A stretch of 64,000 nt of DNA from Haplodiscus bocki (Eukaryota), in NCBI GenBank assembly GCA_965655095.1, contig OZ296654.1, forward strand, positions 70,184,001 through 70,248,000, in the 5' to 3' direction. The stretch's first letter is position 1, and every line of letters begins with the position of its first letter. The notes under the pieces were generated by a model, which saw nothing but the letters and a program-made list of their open reading frames with translations, had not been told where the DNA came from and ran no database searches. This document shows positions 38,667-51,609 of this stretch, piece by piece. The position numbers and the translations under genes were made by a program.

Positions 38667-40152
38667 TGAACAAATACTGCTGATTGAACCAGGGTACCAC
38701 GAATGCTGCTGTTTGAACAGGTGAACAGATACTTAATCAACTAAATTATTTATTACACCTTTAATTCTTTATAGGAGCGGCTATTTCAGTTGATTTGTTT
38801 AATTCAGAACAAGCGGCACATTGGGAAAAAGCCACGTTAACAAAGTGTTGCAACAGAGCGAGAACGCAAGAACAAATTCTCAGAACATCAGAATACAGTA
38901 TCAAAAGCAACTTGTGAGCAGTTCAGAAAAAAAGTGGCAGAAGCATGTGATGAAACATTTCTGCTTAAAACAATTCCCGCGGTATTTCCAGAAAGTCGGT
39001 TCAACACTATCCATGAAAACTGGGGAACATCTGTCGAAATTTTTAGAGAATTGTCCAAAATCATCAAGAGTGAAGTACTACCTGCCTAAAAAACTGAAAC
39101 TTGCCGCATTGCTCTATCAAATCAGTCCTCTGCTCATTTGTGAAGACTGGAAACTTCTTCAATTGCAGAAAGCTTTGGAAAGTTCTTTTAAATGAGAAAA
39201 AAACGATGCATCTGAAAATTTTAATTGAAAACCCATACCAAACAAAAGCGCCAGAAGATGCAAGGAGATTCTTTTATAGCATAGAGAGTACAAATTTTAC
39301 GTACAGTAAGCTTGAAATTTTTGGTGCAGCAGAATCTTCCTCTTAACTATATCTACTGCAAATGCAACACTAGCTATTTTGGTTTACTCGATAGCATAAA
39401 AACGCGATTTAGGCAATCTAAAATCCCCAAAAAACTCCACAAGATCTATAGTCTCTGCCAACTTAAAAATTTCTTGATTGGACAGTTTAAACACGCTCTC
39501 CAAAGTTGATAGTGGAGTCAGAATTGCCGCAAACAGAAAATTGAGGAACTAGATTTATTTGGCATAGTTTAAAACGCTAAGAACACCAATTTTTGACCGA
39601 CCGTTTCAAAACCTGGGGAACTTCCTCCGAAAACAACGTTTTCGGCTGATTTATGCTGCATGCTCTGTTGAACAGATCATTCTGAAGCCAAAAACAAAAA
39701 TTACAAGACATATAGCTGCTTTTATCTATATATTTAAAGTTTTTGTGATTTTTCCCAAAAATGTCGAAAACTCAATTTTTTCGCCAGCAATAATATTGTC
39801 AAATGCTGTAGGATAGCTTTACTGGGGTGCGGAAAAAAGCAAGAAAAGGCGCAAATTGTTCACATTGGCTTCCAAAGGTAAAAAAAATCAGCGAAATTTT
39901 CGAAGCGTTACAATTTGTAATGTTAATATGCCCATTTGGAATTTCTGAGCTATTAGTCAAAAACTTAGGGAACATTCAATGTGGAGTAAAGTACTCACAT
40001 TTTTTTGAACTGGAAAACATCTTTTTTCTACAAAGCTCAGAAAAAAAGAAAGATCGACAAAGGGGGCAAAATTTTTCTGGAGATGGGATTCAAAGAGAAG
40101 GTTCTGGTAAACGAGTGCATGTAGCTTTTTTGCGCACTAGTTCAAATCGTAC

Positions 40153-40493
40153 CTGAATTCGGCTAGATTCATCTCAATAACATCTTGTGCGAGTTGTGAA
40201 TGATACGATAAAAAATGCAGAGGTACCGTATCATGCTTGCGGTTTGCCAGCCTGAAACAGAAGCCAAGGAAGATGCATGATGGTGGCACGCCAACAGAAG
40301 TAAGCTCTTTGATACCTGAAAACACAAGTAACGACAAAAACGAGGGCAGCAAAACTTCGGGGATTCTCCTAGAGTATGAAAAACACATGTTTTCCTCACT
40401 TTCAGAAGGTTTGATTAATGCTACCCAAACATGCTGATTCAGTTCAGAAGCCGTTTCTGAATTCATCTTAACTCCCTTTAGCAAAGACTTTCT
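40153..40493 (-). CDS. Candidate orphan coding exon (113 codons), product unknown
   Basis: Strong T-tract-CAG acceptor, AG|GTACG donor, open frame throughout; partner exons not found. Confidence 0.4.
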
Positions 40494-43400
40494 CTGAAAA
40501 AAAAATGAATGGATTCAGGGAAAACTCAGAAAGAAAACAAACATGAAGTTCTTGCGAGTTTTTAAAAACACATGTCAGATATTTCACGCCAAAAAAACTA
40601 CGAAAGGAGAATCATAAACGCGGAGTAGAATATATTTTCCACTCGGTGAGTAATTCATATGGCAAAAGGAAGTTGCTAATCGATTTGTATCCCTCAAAAA
40701 AAGAATGTCCGATATGAAAGGCAATTGAAAACAATTTCGAATTCTCAATCATAAATTTTAGTTATATGCAAAGAAGAGTAAACACCTTGCCATTACTGCT
40801 GTTTACCGAAAAAATCCGCGTTGCAAGTGTTTTAGTGTTTTAAAATGTCGCCAGATGCTCAAAATCCAGCACAGTCCTTCACATTGACAGATTTGAAAAC
40901 AATCAACTCTAAGTTTTCTGATTTTCGAAATACAAGTGGATTTAAATTACACAAAATTGTCAAAAATAGTCACTATCACTTGGAAGTTTCAGTCAGTGAT
41001 TCGAAACCATCCTCAGACTCACTGGATTTTAGTATTCAGAGATAATATTTCAAAACTTAGGTTTTTCACCATAATTTTTGCCATTTTTCCTTTTTGTTGT
41101 TAAAAATGCTCCCCAAAGACCGCTTTTGAATCCAAAGAAGAAGGAAACAGGCTATTCGTTGCCGCATAACTTTTTTTCGCGGGCGGCATGAACACGCAAT
41201 GCTTCAGAAAGAGAAAGCTTGATGCAAAATGCAAAGAGAAAGCTTCATTTTAACAATTCTACTTTAAGAGAAGATTTTTGACCAAAAGCCGATCCAATTT
41301 ACAATTTGTCCCAATAAAAATGACTCAATAGTTTCAAGCAAAAGGTTTCAGATCGATTTTTTTTTGGAAATGATGATGGTAACTGAGCAATATATAGTGT
41401 TGATATGACGTTGCAAACTTGATTTTTCTGAGTAAAATAGTTTTTTCGGGTGTTTTCCCACAAAAAGAAACATTTTGACGGCTGATTTCTAAAAATTGGC
41501 TTTTCCTTTTTCATGCTAAAGGTAATAAATTGACGCAAAAAAAAAGAAAATTTTCGAAGTCAAGAATGGGTTCAGGAACAATTGCGCTATTATGCAATAG
41601 CATATTTTGAACGATATAACAAAAACAACGCGGTTCATCCCTAAAAAGTTGGCGGTTTTTCAGCTCAAGAAAATGACTTTTCTCTCAAACACGAAGATAG
41701 AACGCCTATAAATGCCTAAACAAATGTGCTCTACATAGATTAAACTTTTAATTAAGCTCTCACTGAATGAAATGGGAAGGCTAGTCTTTTAGAAAATAAT
41801 TGAATGCCGACAACAATCATCATATCGTTTTGGTACTCGTGATCAGAGTTTTTGAACATTGATTTTGAAAAACAGTCTGTGTTACAAGACTTGTGCCATA
41901 TTTATAAATAATTTCCAATGAATCCCTCATTGATTGAAATTCGAAAAGTAGTCATAGAAAAACAATTCTGAAAATCGAATATGTGATCGCCAGCGCCCAT
42001 GATGATATTTTCGGTTAACTTTGATGACTATTCTTTTCAAAAATGAGGTCGAGGTCTTCGACATGAGTTATCTTCGATAAAATTGACTTTTGACCAAGCG
42101 TTTGATGAGCAAAATCGGATCTGTAGTTACAAAAATTTTGACACGACGCAACGTAGATGGTTCGCAAAACATGCTGACCAAAAAATCAAACGATGCAAAA
42201 TCATGAAATTTGCAAAGTGTTTTTGAAAAACCGTAGATCCTGAAAATTATTTGATACCACGAACTTAAACGAAAGTGACATTCTTAGAATTACAATGGCA
42301 ACTGTAAGTCAACTGTTTGCTTAAAAAAACTATAAAATTAGAAGACCCATAAGAAACAACCCAAATATTTCGACTTTGCAGCTCTTGCTGACATTGGCAA
42401 CTTTTTCGGTAAAACAAATCAAGACAACTGGAATATTTGAACAAAATTGTCGTCACTTTCAGGTTTGTTTTGAGATCCAGAGTTGTCAGTTCTGATGATT
42501 GACAGGCAGCATGGATAATTTGAGAATTTCACCGCTTTTTTTACTAACATCGGCTATTTTGGTCACCTAGCAGAGACAAGTTCATGCCACACTGTCTAAT
42601 ACTCAAAAATTTGTTCTGTTAATCATGCATTTTCGAGTCGCACCTTTCAACATCGTAATGTTTAAGGAAAACGCTTCTAAGAACGCAATAACAGGCACCT
42701 GCAAATGTCTCAGAAGGCCATCATTGACTGTGTACACAAGACATTCTTACGACGTCAAAAACAGCAAGTTTGGAACGAGAAAAAAATCGGTTGCATTCTC
42801 TAATACACTCTGAAATTTCATTTAAGTATGCGCAGAATTTGATTTTTTTCCCAAGATCTTTTCTGTGACTCTTAGTTTTTTCAATAGACCTTTGAGAAGC
42901 TCTGAATCTGCATGTTTTTGTATTGATTGGAAGCGTCTAATCAGAATACAAATATAGATTGAGCTTCGGAAGTAAAAGTTGATTGGTAGCCACTGGAAAT
43001 CAGCTATATCGATGATAGCTATCCATCGTTGTTTCGCTACCCCACATGAGTTTTTTTTAAATTGGATGCCCCAGATTGGTTCCACGTGACCTTTTCCACG
43101 TGAAACTGGATTGTAGTCAATCATTGTCGACTTTTCGTGATTTTATCCTTTTCTCAAAATTGAAATCGAACACCCGAAATCTATTGTACGACACTTTTTC
43201 TAGAACATTCAGCTTTTGATTTAACAGTAATAATCAAAATTGGATTGAAAGGCACTGAGATGACCAATTTTTTAGAATTCTGAAAATTGACAGAAATTGA
43301 ATTTTGTATCACTTGTTTGAAAAGCTACCAATTGATTCGAATGGAACTTCCACGGACCGAAATACTGTAGAAACAGGCAAAGATTACATTTGGATTGTTA

Positions 43401-44600
43401 CCGATCTGAGCAGTTGCCCGAAATGAACTAAATAAAAGCTAATCAAGAGGTGAAATTATCAAAAGTCGAAATACAAAGGAATTTGGTAACCCTCTAGCCG
43501 CTGTACACGCCACCACTTTAGTTCACCATCAAATGTAATTTTAGCTCAACACTTAAAGACTTATTATTGAGCGACAAGCACGTGAAGATTAACACATCAC
43601 TGATGCCAATGTGTATGTTATCAGTTCCACATTTGCAAGGCTTGAAAAAATAACGTACACGACCTCGTTCGAGTAACATCTTTGCATTCGATATTAAAAA
43701 TGAATTTGTCTTTGGGAAGTTCCGCACTTCACAAAAATTAGCTTTAGTTCTTCCATTGCAGTTATTTTTCCTTATTTCAATCTAGCTACGATTGCAATAT
43801 CCACAATCACTTTATTGAGCGACAGCAAGTGCGGATTGCTAAATGTCTTTTTGAAGTTCAGTCTATCTCCGTAACAAAATAACCAATACAGGCAGACAGC
43901 GCAATGGTAATACCAGCGTTGGAACGTCCGCCAACCAAGACAAGTTCGCTCTATGTGTGAGTCAATTAATCTCTAACTGCAGTGGTTTAAGTGCAAGGCC
44001 AATCGAAGAAAGCCGAAAGGCTAGAAATAGTATTTTACTTCAATGAACGCCCTAGTTTTCGTGCTGCTTTTCAGTACTTCCGGAATTGTAGAAACTGACA
44101 AAGAAGCGTTGTCTGTTCATAACATTGTATGCAACCCATTCAATGTAATCCGATTTCATTTCTACGAACGTTATTGCCATTATTTCTTTCTTCGTGCTAT
44201 TTATTACAAACTGGTAACATTCAGAAGTATTTCTTCCCACGATACAAAATTTTAACTCCAGGGGTTCCTCCTGGAAGAACAGCATTTTCGTACTTACTTT
44301 CGCTATCATTTTTACCACGCGTTTTTCAATTCTCCGAAACAATGACGCAAATTTGCCGTACTCGAGCTTGTAGGTACACATATCTTCGGCTCTTCCGCAG
44401 AAAAGATTTTTTACCAGCAGAATTTTTGAACTCAGCAGGAGATTTAGTACAAGAAAGATCATTTTGACATCATCATAATAATTGTGATCAATTTCAACAC
44501 AGAGGCGAAGCTGTGCTTCGCAACACTTGCGCAAACGGAATACAATTAAGAAATGCTATATTTCATTCCTTTGATATTTCAAATAAAAAATGCATGAATA

Positions 44601-44770
44601 AGCGTCAATCGCAATTAGTTGAGCAATGCGACTGGGACGCTAAAGGGCTAATGTTCGAGACCAGGACACTCCCTTCTCTTTGTTCCCGATCCTTTCACAA
44701 CTCGAATTTGTTCTAGACTGTGATCAAAATCCGCAGAAGCCTGTGATATGACTCTAGTTTGCAGCCAACT
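44601..44770 (+). mobile_element. tRNA-derived SINE, older copy of the same family
   Basis: Decayed B box GTTCGAGACC, then GACACTC..TTCTCTT...AAAATCC.CAGAA.CCT shared with the 58279 copy. Confidence 0.5.
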
Positions 44771-45367
44771 AATTAAGCAACACATCGCTTAACAAATACA
44801 TCGGATAGAGTCGGGAACCGGCAAATCACGAGCCGATGGATTACAATTCACACTCAGTGCTACCAATTTTTATAATTTTGCGCAAGTGTAACTATCTTTT
44901 GAGTACTGCATGAATTGAATGTAGTAGTAGTACATGTACATGGATCAAAAATAAACAGGTAAACATGGTTTTTGATAATTGCGCAATTAATAATTTCGAA
45001 GAGCTTTTTCAAAGGGAGGCGGCGAAGAGGAGGAAGAGTGGGGTGGGGTTTGCGACGCATATTTAGTTAATGTCTACAGATCAATAAGTACAAGGAGGTG
45101 TTATATCTCTCAATCATAACAGGTACATGACGCAGATGTATAATGGTCATAGACGAGAATCAGTTTTTGTGAAGGTGTTTTTCACACAACTCAATGGGTC
45201 ATTCCAGTATGACGAAAGATTTCTAATATGGTGAAAAAAACCAACAAATTGAGAGCCACAAAAAGGCAGACGAATAAAAGTGACTTCATGCAACATTGAA
45301 CATTTATTCAATAGCTAAGATGAATGAAACGATATAAGTTTTCTTTTGAAAGTTAACAATTTGAAAG

Positions 45368-45744
45368 GAAAACGAACAACAGCCAGTTTTTGTTCTCTGA
45401 AAGTTTGACATTTTTGCCGAGTAAGCGCCAGTAAAATGAGCAGCAGCACTTCTAGTCCTTTTCCATTTATTCGGTACCCTTGCCGGAAGAGAAGCACAAT
45501 CTCAAGGTCAGTTTCCGGCCAGCTGAAACATAACTAACTTAACATTCCAGCTGTGGATTTCTTATATACGGTTGGAAATTGGGTCCAGATTCATTTCGCC
45601 ACAATAGTTTTAAAGAAATAGAAATGAATCTTTTCGTTTTTTTATTACGATAAAATTGGAAGGTGAAAGTGTCAAATCACTGGAAACAGTGTTGCATGAC
45701 TTCAAAACCGAAGTAGACATTTGATCCAAAGTTCAAAGGTTAAA
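45368..45744 (+). repeat. Direct duplication, copy 1 (377 bp), abutting the left terminus of the giant-TIR element
   Basis: GAAAACGAACAACAGCC...TTCAAAGGTTAAA, roughly 95% identical by eye to 54064-54442. Confidence 0.95.
45467..45522 (-). CDS. HNRNPL: hnRNP L terminal coding exon, distal copy (SGRKLTLRLCFSSGKGTE*)
   Basis: TTTCAG| acceptor, phase 1; TLRLCFS matches the conserved TLKLCFS C-terminus; continues into a 3' flank with AATAAA at 45303-45308 (minus). Confidence 0.85.
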
Positions 45745-48666
45745 AGCAGTATAGAAAGGGGTTTCAAAGCCACTTATGAATCCTTCCATATTCGGAAGTG
45801 CCGTTAGAGCCACTTATTGCTCCTCAACCTTAATACGTTACCAACTCCTAGTTTAACCTTATGACAGCTTTGACAGCTTATCTAGTTAAACCTTTTGACA
45901 GCTTTGACAACTGTTTGAATACATACAAATAGAAGTGCTAAGGGCATAAATGGACGAAAATAGTCAAGTATGCAAAATTAATCTACAAGATATGCTCTAC
46001 ATGCAAGGCCGCGGGTCCTTGAAAAAGAAGTTCCCATGCCTAAACTCGAGTAAAAAGCAAACAAACGCGTGGCCGAGCCCAAAAAGCATATTTACAAACA
46101 TTCGAACATTAGTCTCATATTGCCGAAAACCAAAGGCTTCCTGAAAATTCCGTTCTTCCGCAAACTCGCATCAAAAAGGTGTTTTATAACCTCCGAACTT
46201 GACAGAGCATTTGATGAACATATTTGGGCTAACCCAAAGCCACATTTGAAAACAATCAAGCGTTAGTTGCAAGAAGCCAAAACCAAATTAATTTTGAAAT
46301 CGTTGTTCATTCGCAACGAGATCGGTTTTGTATCTCCGAATTCCACTAAGTTTTCATGAACAGTCTGTGCGAGCCCATTTACAATATTCAAAAGCAAGGA
46401 AAAGCTTATGGAGTAAATCTGAAGACAAAAAAGCGCTTTCTGAAAATGTCGTTCTTTCACAATTCACGGGGAAAATGTAGTTTCTTCAAATTTTCCTTAT
46501 TCCACGTAAAAATTGATGTGAAAGTTTCAGTGAGTCCAAAAAAAAACATTTGAAAAGAAAAAAGCGTTAACTTCTCTGAGCCAAAAAGATCATTGCTTTC
46601 TGAAAAAAAATCAAAAGATGCTTGCACACCTTCGAACATTAAACTAAAGTAACATTGAATTAAAAAACTGACATTAAAAAAAGGTTCGGCGATCTCGGAA
46701 CCATATTATATTAACAGTTAAAAGCTCGCCGGGCAATGCCGAGAACACGAATACTGTCCATAATCAGGTTCCTTTGCAAATTGACGTCGAGAAAATTATA
46801 ATCTTCCCTCACATTTCGATTTAACATTTGATGTAAAAGTTTGGCATTCTCAGAAACCGTATTTGAGAACAAAACAACATTCGTCGCGCAGTGGCGAAAT
46901 CGAAAGCACTTTCTAGAAAGATCGTGCCTTATAGGACAGGATCGTTGTCCTTCCTTCGCAAAATCACATCAAATACGATACATTATATTCTTTGAATTGA
47001 ATTATTATTTTGGTAACAGCACTGTTTGAGACCATTTATCATACTTGAATATAAGTAAACGTTTGGGCAAGGCCGAAAACAAAATTATTTTTTTGAACAG
47101 ATCGTTCCTTTGGCAAATTCACATCAAAGAAGTTGCTATTACTTTTCCGACTTCATTTTAACATTTGATGAAAATCTTCCAGTGAGTCCAGAAACCACAT
47201 TTGAAAACAAGTGAGCGTTAGTTGCACAAGCCAGAGAAAAAAACGACTTTCTGAAAAGATCACCCAGTCGCAAATTCAAATCGAAAACGGTGCTTTTACA
47301 CCTCCGACCTCAACTAAAAATAAATGAACGACATTCGGCGATCTCAAAGCCACCCTTGAAAACAATACAAAGTTCATTGAACAAGTCTGGAAAAAAAACT
47401 CTTTTCTGAAAAAATTGTTCCTCCGCAAATGACTTCAAAAACGATGTTTTGATTTCTCTAAACCAACCAAAGTTCTGATTAAGGGTCCGCGTGTGCCGAA
47501 ATACCATTTTTAAACACAATTAAACGTTCACTGAGCAGTGTCAAAAAATTTTTTTCCGAAAAGGTTGTTCCTTCCCGAATTCACTTCGGAAAAAACGGTA
47601 TTACTCCTGAGAACTTGACAAAAAATCTCATGGCCATGAACATAAACCACTTTTGAAAACATGCAAGCCTCTATTGCACGACACGAAAAGTTATTTTCTG
47701 TACATGTTGTTCTTCCGCAAATTCACATCGAAAAAGATGATTTTTCTTTTTCCAATTCAACTAAACCTGTGATGTACAAGTCTGTGCGAGCTCATGAACA
47801 ATATTCAAAAACAATTAAACCTCAGTGTCACAATGCTGAAAAGCATAAGCATTTCCGGAAAGGACGTTTTTCCACAAAACCGAGTAAAAAAAGTCGTTTG
47901 CACCTCGAACCTCAAGTCAACATTTGATACAAATGCTTGCGCGATCCTAAAAACCCTATTTGATAATTTGAAACCAAATTCACCTTCGTCGCGTAAAACC
48001 AAAAACAAAACTTTCTGAAAATGTCAATTCTGTTCTGGTTCCCTTTGGAAAAGAGCGTTGTCTGATGGAAGAGGCTTTCCAAATTTCGCATAAAAACTGG
48101 AGTTCAAATTTCCGAGCAACAAAGAAATCAAAAATTTTGTTTTTATTTAGCCAGCTTGCAACAACAATAGTTGAACTCGATACCGGAAAAAAAAACAAAT
48201 GATTTGCAGTGCTTGGTGAGCCTAAAACCGTTTCTGAAGCAATTAGACGTTTTTTTGCTTTTGCTGGAAACAGAAATTTTTAACTTGAGTTGGCGAAGAT
48301 CCGGGAGTGTCAATGAACATCGAAACCTACAGACACGGTTACCTTATGTATGGTGGTTCATTCCAATTACCATGGCAACATGCGGCATTTTTTTTCAGTA
48401 AATTAACGAACCACGATTTTTCAAAAGATACTGTTGTTTGCAGGGATAACAGACGACCTACTGAATTGAAAAACCTCAAACTTTCCGGCTTGAAAGGCCT
48501 CTGAAACGTTCCACAGCCACTATTCTAATTAACAAGACGATGCAAGCTTTAGGCAATGCCACGAGTGGATCGTTTGAAACTTAGTATGGGACGGCTTGTG
48601 CGAGACTTTGAGCTGCAGTGCATAAAAGTCATGAGCAATCTAATATTCCCTCGACAGCCTCCGGTT
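45745..48666 (+). repeat. Left terminal inverted repeat (2.9 kb), largely a degenerate ~155-bp tandem array
   Basis: Reverse complement of 51610-54047 (mirror ORFs such as MQASIARHEK... and MCLKMVFRH... appear in the ORF track); ~470 bp after the first 15 bp have no counterpart in the right arm. Confidence 0.95.
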
Positions 48667-48668
48667 CT

Positions 48669-48738
48669 GCCCTGACTCCTGATTGCAGGGTCGAGAGCGT
48701 GGGCTCACGCTCTCGGCACTGCAATGAGGAGTTAGGGC
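48669..48738. other. 70-bp GC-rich imperfect palindrome at the inner TIR boundary
   Basis: GCCCTGACTCCTGATTGCAGGGTCGAGAGCGTGGG|CTCACGCTCTCGGCACTGCAATGAGGAGTTAGGGC: 30 of 35 positions are Watson-Crick symmetric, no indels. Confidence 0.95.
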
Positions 48739-49730
48739 CGTTTCGTTGCTGTTGGTTGGTGCTCCGAGGATGAAACGAGATTGTTGGTGCGGTTGGTGGC
48801 GATTTCGAAGCAAAACTGACGGTGCCATGTTTTGATAGGGTTGAAGGAGACCAATAAACAGCCAAAATAGGAATAAGAGAACCATTTCCTTGCCTCAGAA
48901 AGGCACGCACGCGATTTAGCAATTGAAAACAACAAAGGTAAAGCAACCGAAGAAATGCATTGTCTCGGCGATTTTGCCACCTCACACATCCCATCATCAA
49001 AAAGTTACGAAGCTCTCAATTTCCAATGAAAAACTGTGTGATACCGCTCCCAAAAGTATTTCCACTGGTGAAAATAATTTGGATTCGCTTTAGATTCATT
49101 ATCAAAAGCTTCACAAATCCGTGAAAAAATTGAAAGTGATGGCATTGTCCCAGATGATACGTAAGTGACATTTGGTGGAACTTAGCTGCTCGCATACGAC
49201 AGTTACTGTCGGAAGACAATAAAACCATTTCCAAATCTAGAAAACTTAAGTTGTGGGTTCCGTTTTTTGTTAACAAACACTTCATACAGACGCGATGCAG
49301 AGCTAGCACTAAGACAATGCACGACGGTGAACAGATAACGGCCATCAAAGACAGAAAACTTGCACAACATCGAAAACCAAATTCGCTTACCGACAAGAGC
49401 GAGGGTAAATTTTTGAAAAGTACTAGATTCAAAAGTTTTACTGCATTGAAATGGTCAACGAAAAAACTGAACATGTGCAGGATTTGACGCTGATCATTTT
49501 TTGTCGATACCGCATGTTCTTGCGGGGAACGGCGAATCAAAGTCGAAAAGTTTTCAATTTACCACTCTCGGATGACCACAATTCGAATGACTTCAAAAGC
49601 ATCTTGACCCTTCTGCCAATGTGGAGGTAATTGAAATACGCATAGCCATTTGTGACTCTTGCCTGGCGAACAATGCCGTCTTCAATGAACTCAGGAGCCA
49701 TAATGATCGGTTGAAAACTACATATTTGTG
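48732..49730 (-). pseudogene. Decayed cargo ORF of unknown function in the element spacer
   Basis: Protein-like frame with scattered stops (FQKFTLALVGKRIWF...YFHQWKYFWERYH...LPLLFSIAKSR...KRP*) ending inside the palindrome. Confidence 0.35.
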
Positions 49731-51609
49731 GGGAAGAATCGTTTCAATTTCTACTCTTAGGCTGTTTGTCATGTTTTAAAGAACGGAAAAAAAGTATATA
49801 TAAATCACTGAAGATCTCTAGTTCCCCAACCAAATTCTCCTGAAAGTCTTTTCATCAATCCCAAAGATGACCCAATAGATATTTCTGTTGAACTGAAGAA
49901 CTTCCCTCGTTAATGTTCTTTATTGAGTTTGTGCTTCATTTTTGCGATTCAATAGCTTCACACGGATAAACTTGAGATGTAGTTTCTTTGGGAAGAGAAT
50001 TGACGAACATCTTCTTTGAAACATAATACGTCGCTTTTGAAAACAATTTCCAAAACATAGAGACTTTGAATAATGTTGGTGTAAGAGTTTGTGGGCGCTT
50101 TTCACTTTTACTGAAAACAGCCGACTGAAACAATTGATATCATTTGTGACATTTGTCCGCAACGAAATTATGCATTTTTCGAGTTTAATCTACCTTATAG
50201 CATCCTTCTCCAGTGGATTGGTGCAATCAAAAAGCAAGGCGCATAAATGGAAGAGAAATTCCATGTAAATGCTTTTACTATATCGATCGCGGTACTACAT
50301 GCTTTGCTGACATTCCATCCTTCCTCTCCAAACTAAGTGAAACTTTGTGAAGCATTATCCGGTGGTTTGATTTAATAAAAGAAGGAACCAAGCAAGCGGT
50401 TCCAAAAATTTCCTTGAGATGCTTCAACTACCTATATCAATCGCAGTACTCCGATCTGTCGTGGCATTCCATACACATACTTGTTAAGATCATTGAGTCT
50501 TTTTTCACGTTTTTTTTGGTGGCCGAGCAGCGATGAAATGCAAACTTGGCGCAGTTCCGATCCCAATTCTGAAACGCGATTCCACAATTATCTACGGGAG
50601 TGTGCCAAGTGTGCTTGATTACAAAGCTTGTCAAGAATCATTGTTTCCATTTTTTGGATTTTTCATTCTTGGATTTCGGAAATCGAAATTGATATTCTTG
50701 ATGCATATCCAAAGGATGAACTGATGTTGCCTGTTTGTGAGAGTAAGATAGTCCCAATTTATTGAACTGAGAAAACAAACTGTAAAAATCTCAACGGCGT
50801 CGGAAATCAAAATGCTACTGAAAGCCGAGTGATAACGATGAGCCTCTATCGTAAGGACTACGGGGCAGCTGTTTTACGCTCAAGCACTAGTGCTATATAA
50901 CCTACTTAGTCCCAAGACACACATATAATATTCCACAGACGAGCAAAAGCAGGCAAAATTACTTGAAATTTATGTACCCACCGATACAACGCATCTGGGA
51001 AAGTTTCTTCGTTACATTATGGCAACTTGGTTTCGTACAAGTTCAGAGTTATCATTCTTAGAGCGTTTGTGTTAAGTTGCAGGAACGAAGTTGCTTTCAA
51101 ACAAGTTGCATTCTTTCGGACTGACAGCACAATTGAAGCTGATTTTGTAGCGCCAAGGGTGAAAGACTTTCAAACATTCTCTGTTTGTTTCGAGTGCGTG
51201 AAATAAACACATTAGGATGCTTTCTTTCACGGAGAATACCAATATAAAACTTCACAATCAAGTCAGCAAACGAATAACTTTGTGAAGCCTGTGTCGCCCA
51301 GTAGAATGGACTGCTCTTCATGTCAAGGCGCTGTAGTTCAGAGGTTGGCAAAGGGCGTCGCACACTAATCGTCAAAAGATCCATTCGCTGCATTGCCTAA
51401 AAGTTTGCATAGCCCTTTGTTATCCACTGAAATGCAGCGTTTTTTGAAAGTTTCTCAGGTTTTACAAATTATAAAACAATTTGTTACCCTCGACGACCGC
51501 AATCCATCTCACAAGCGTCAAATCAAAAATAGGCCTGCTTACTTTTACAAAGATTACCAATGTATAATTTGATTTAAAAAGTTTAGTTTTCCAAGACATG
51601 AAAGCGTGA

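Noticed and set aside
46263-48018. Mirror-image ORFs in the two TIR arms
   Set aside because: Short frames within a degenerate satellite, broken by A-run indels; their identity reflects the DNA repeat, not coding constraint.
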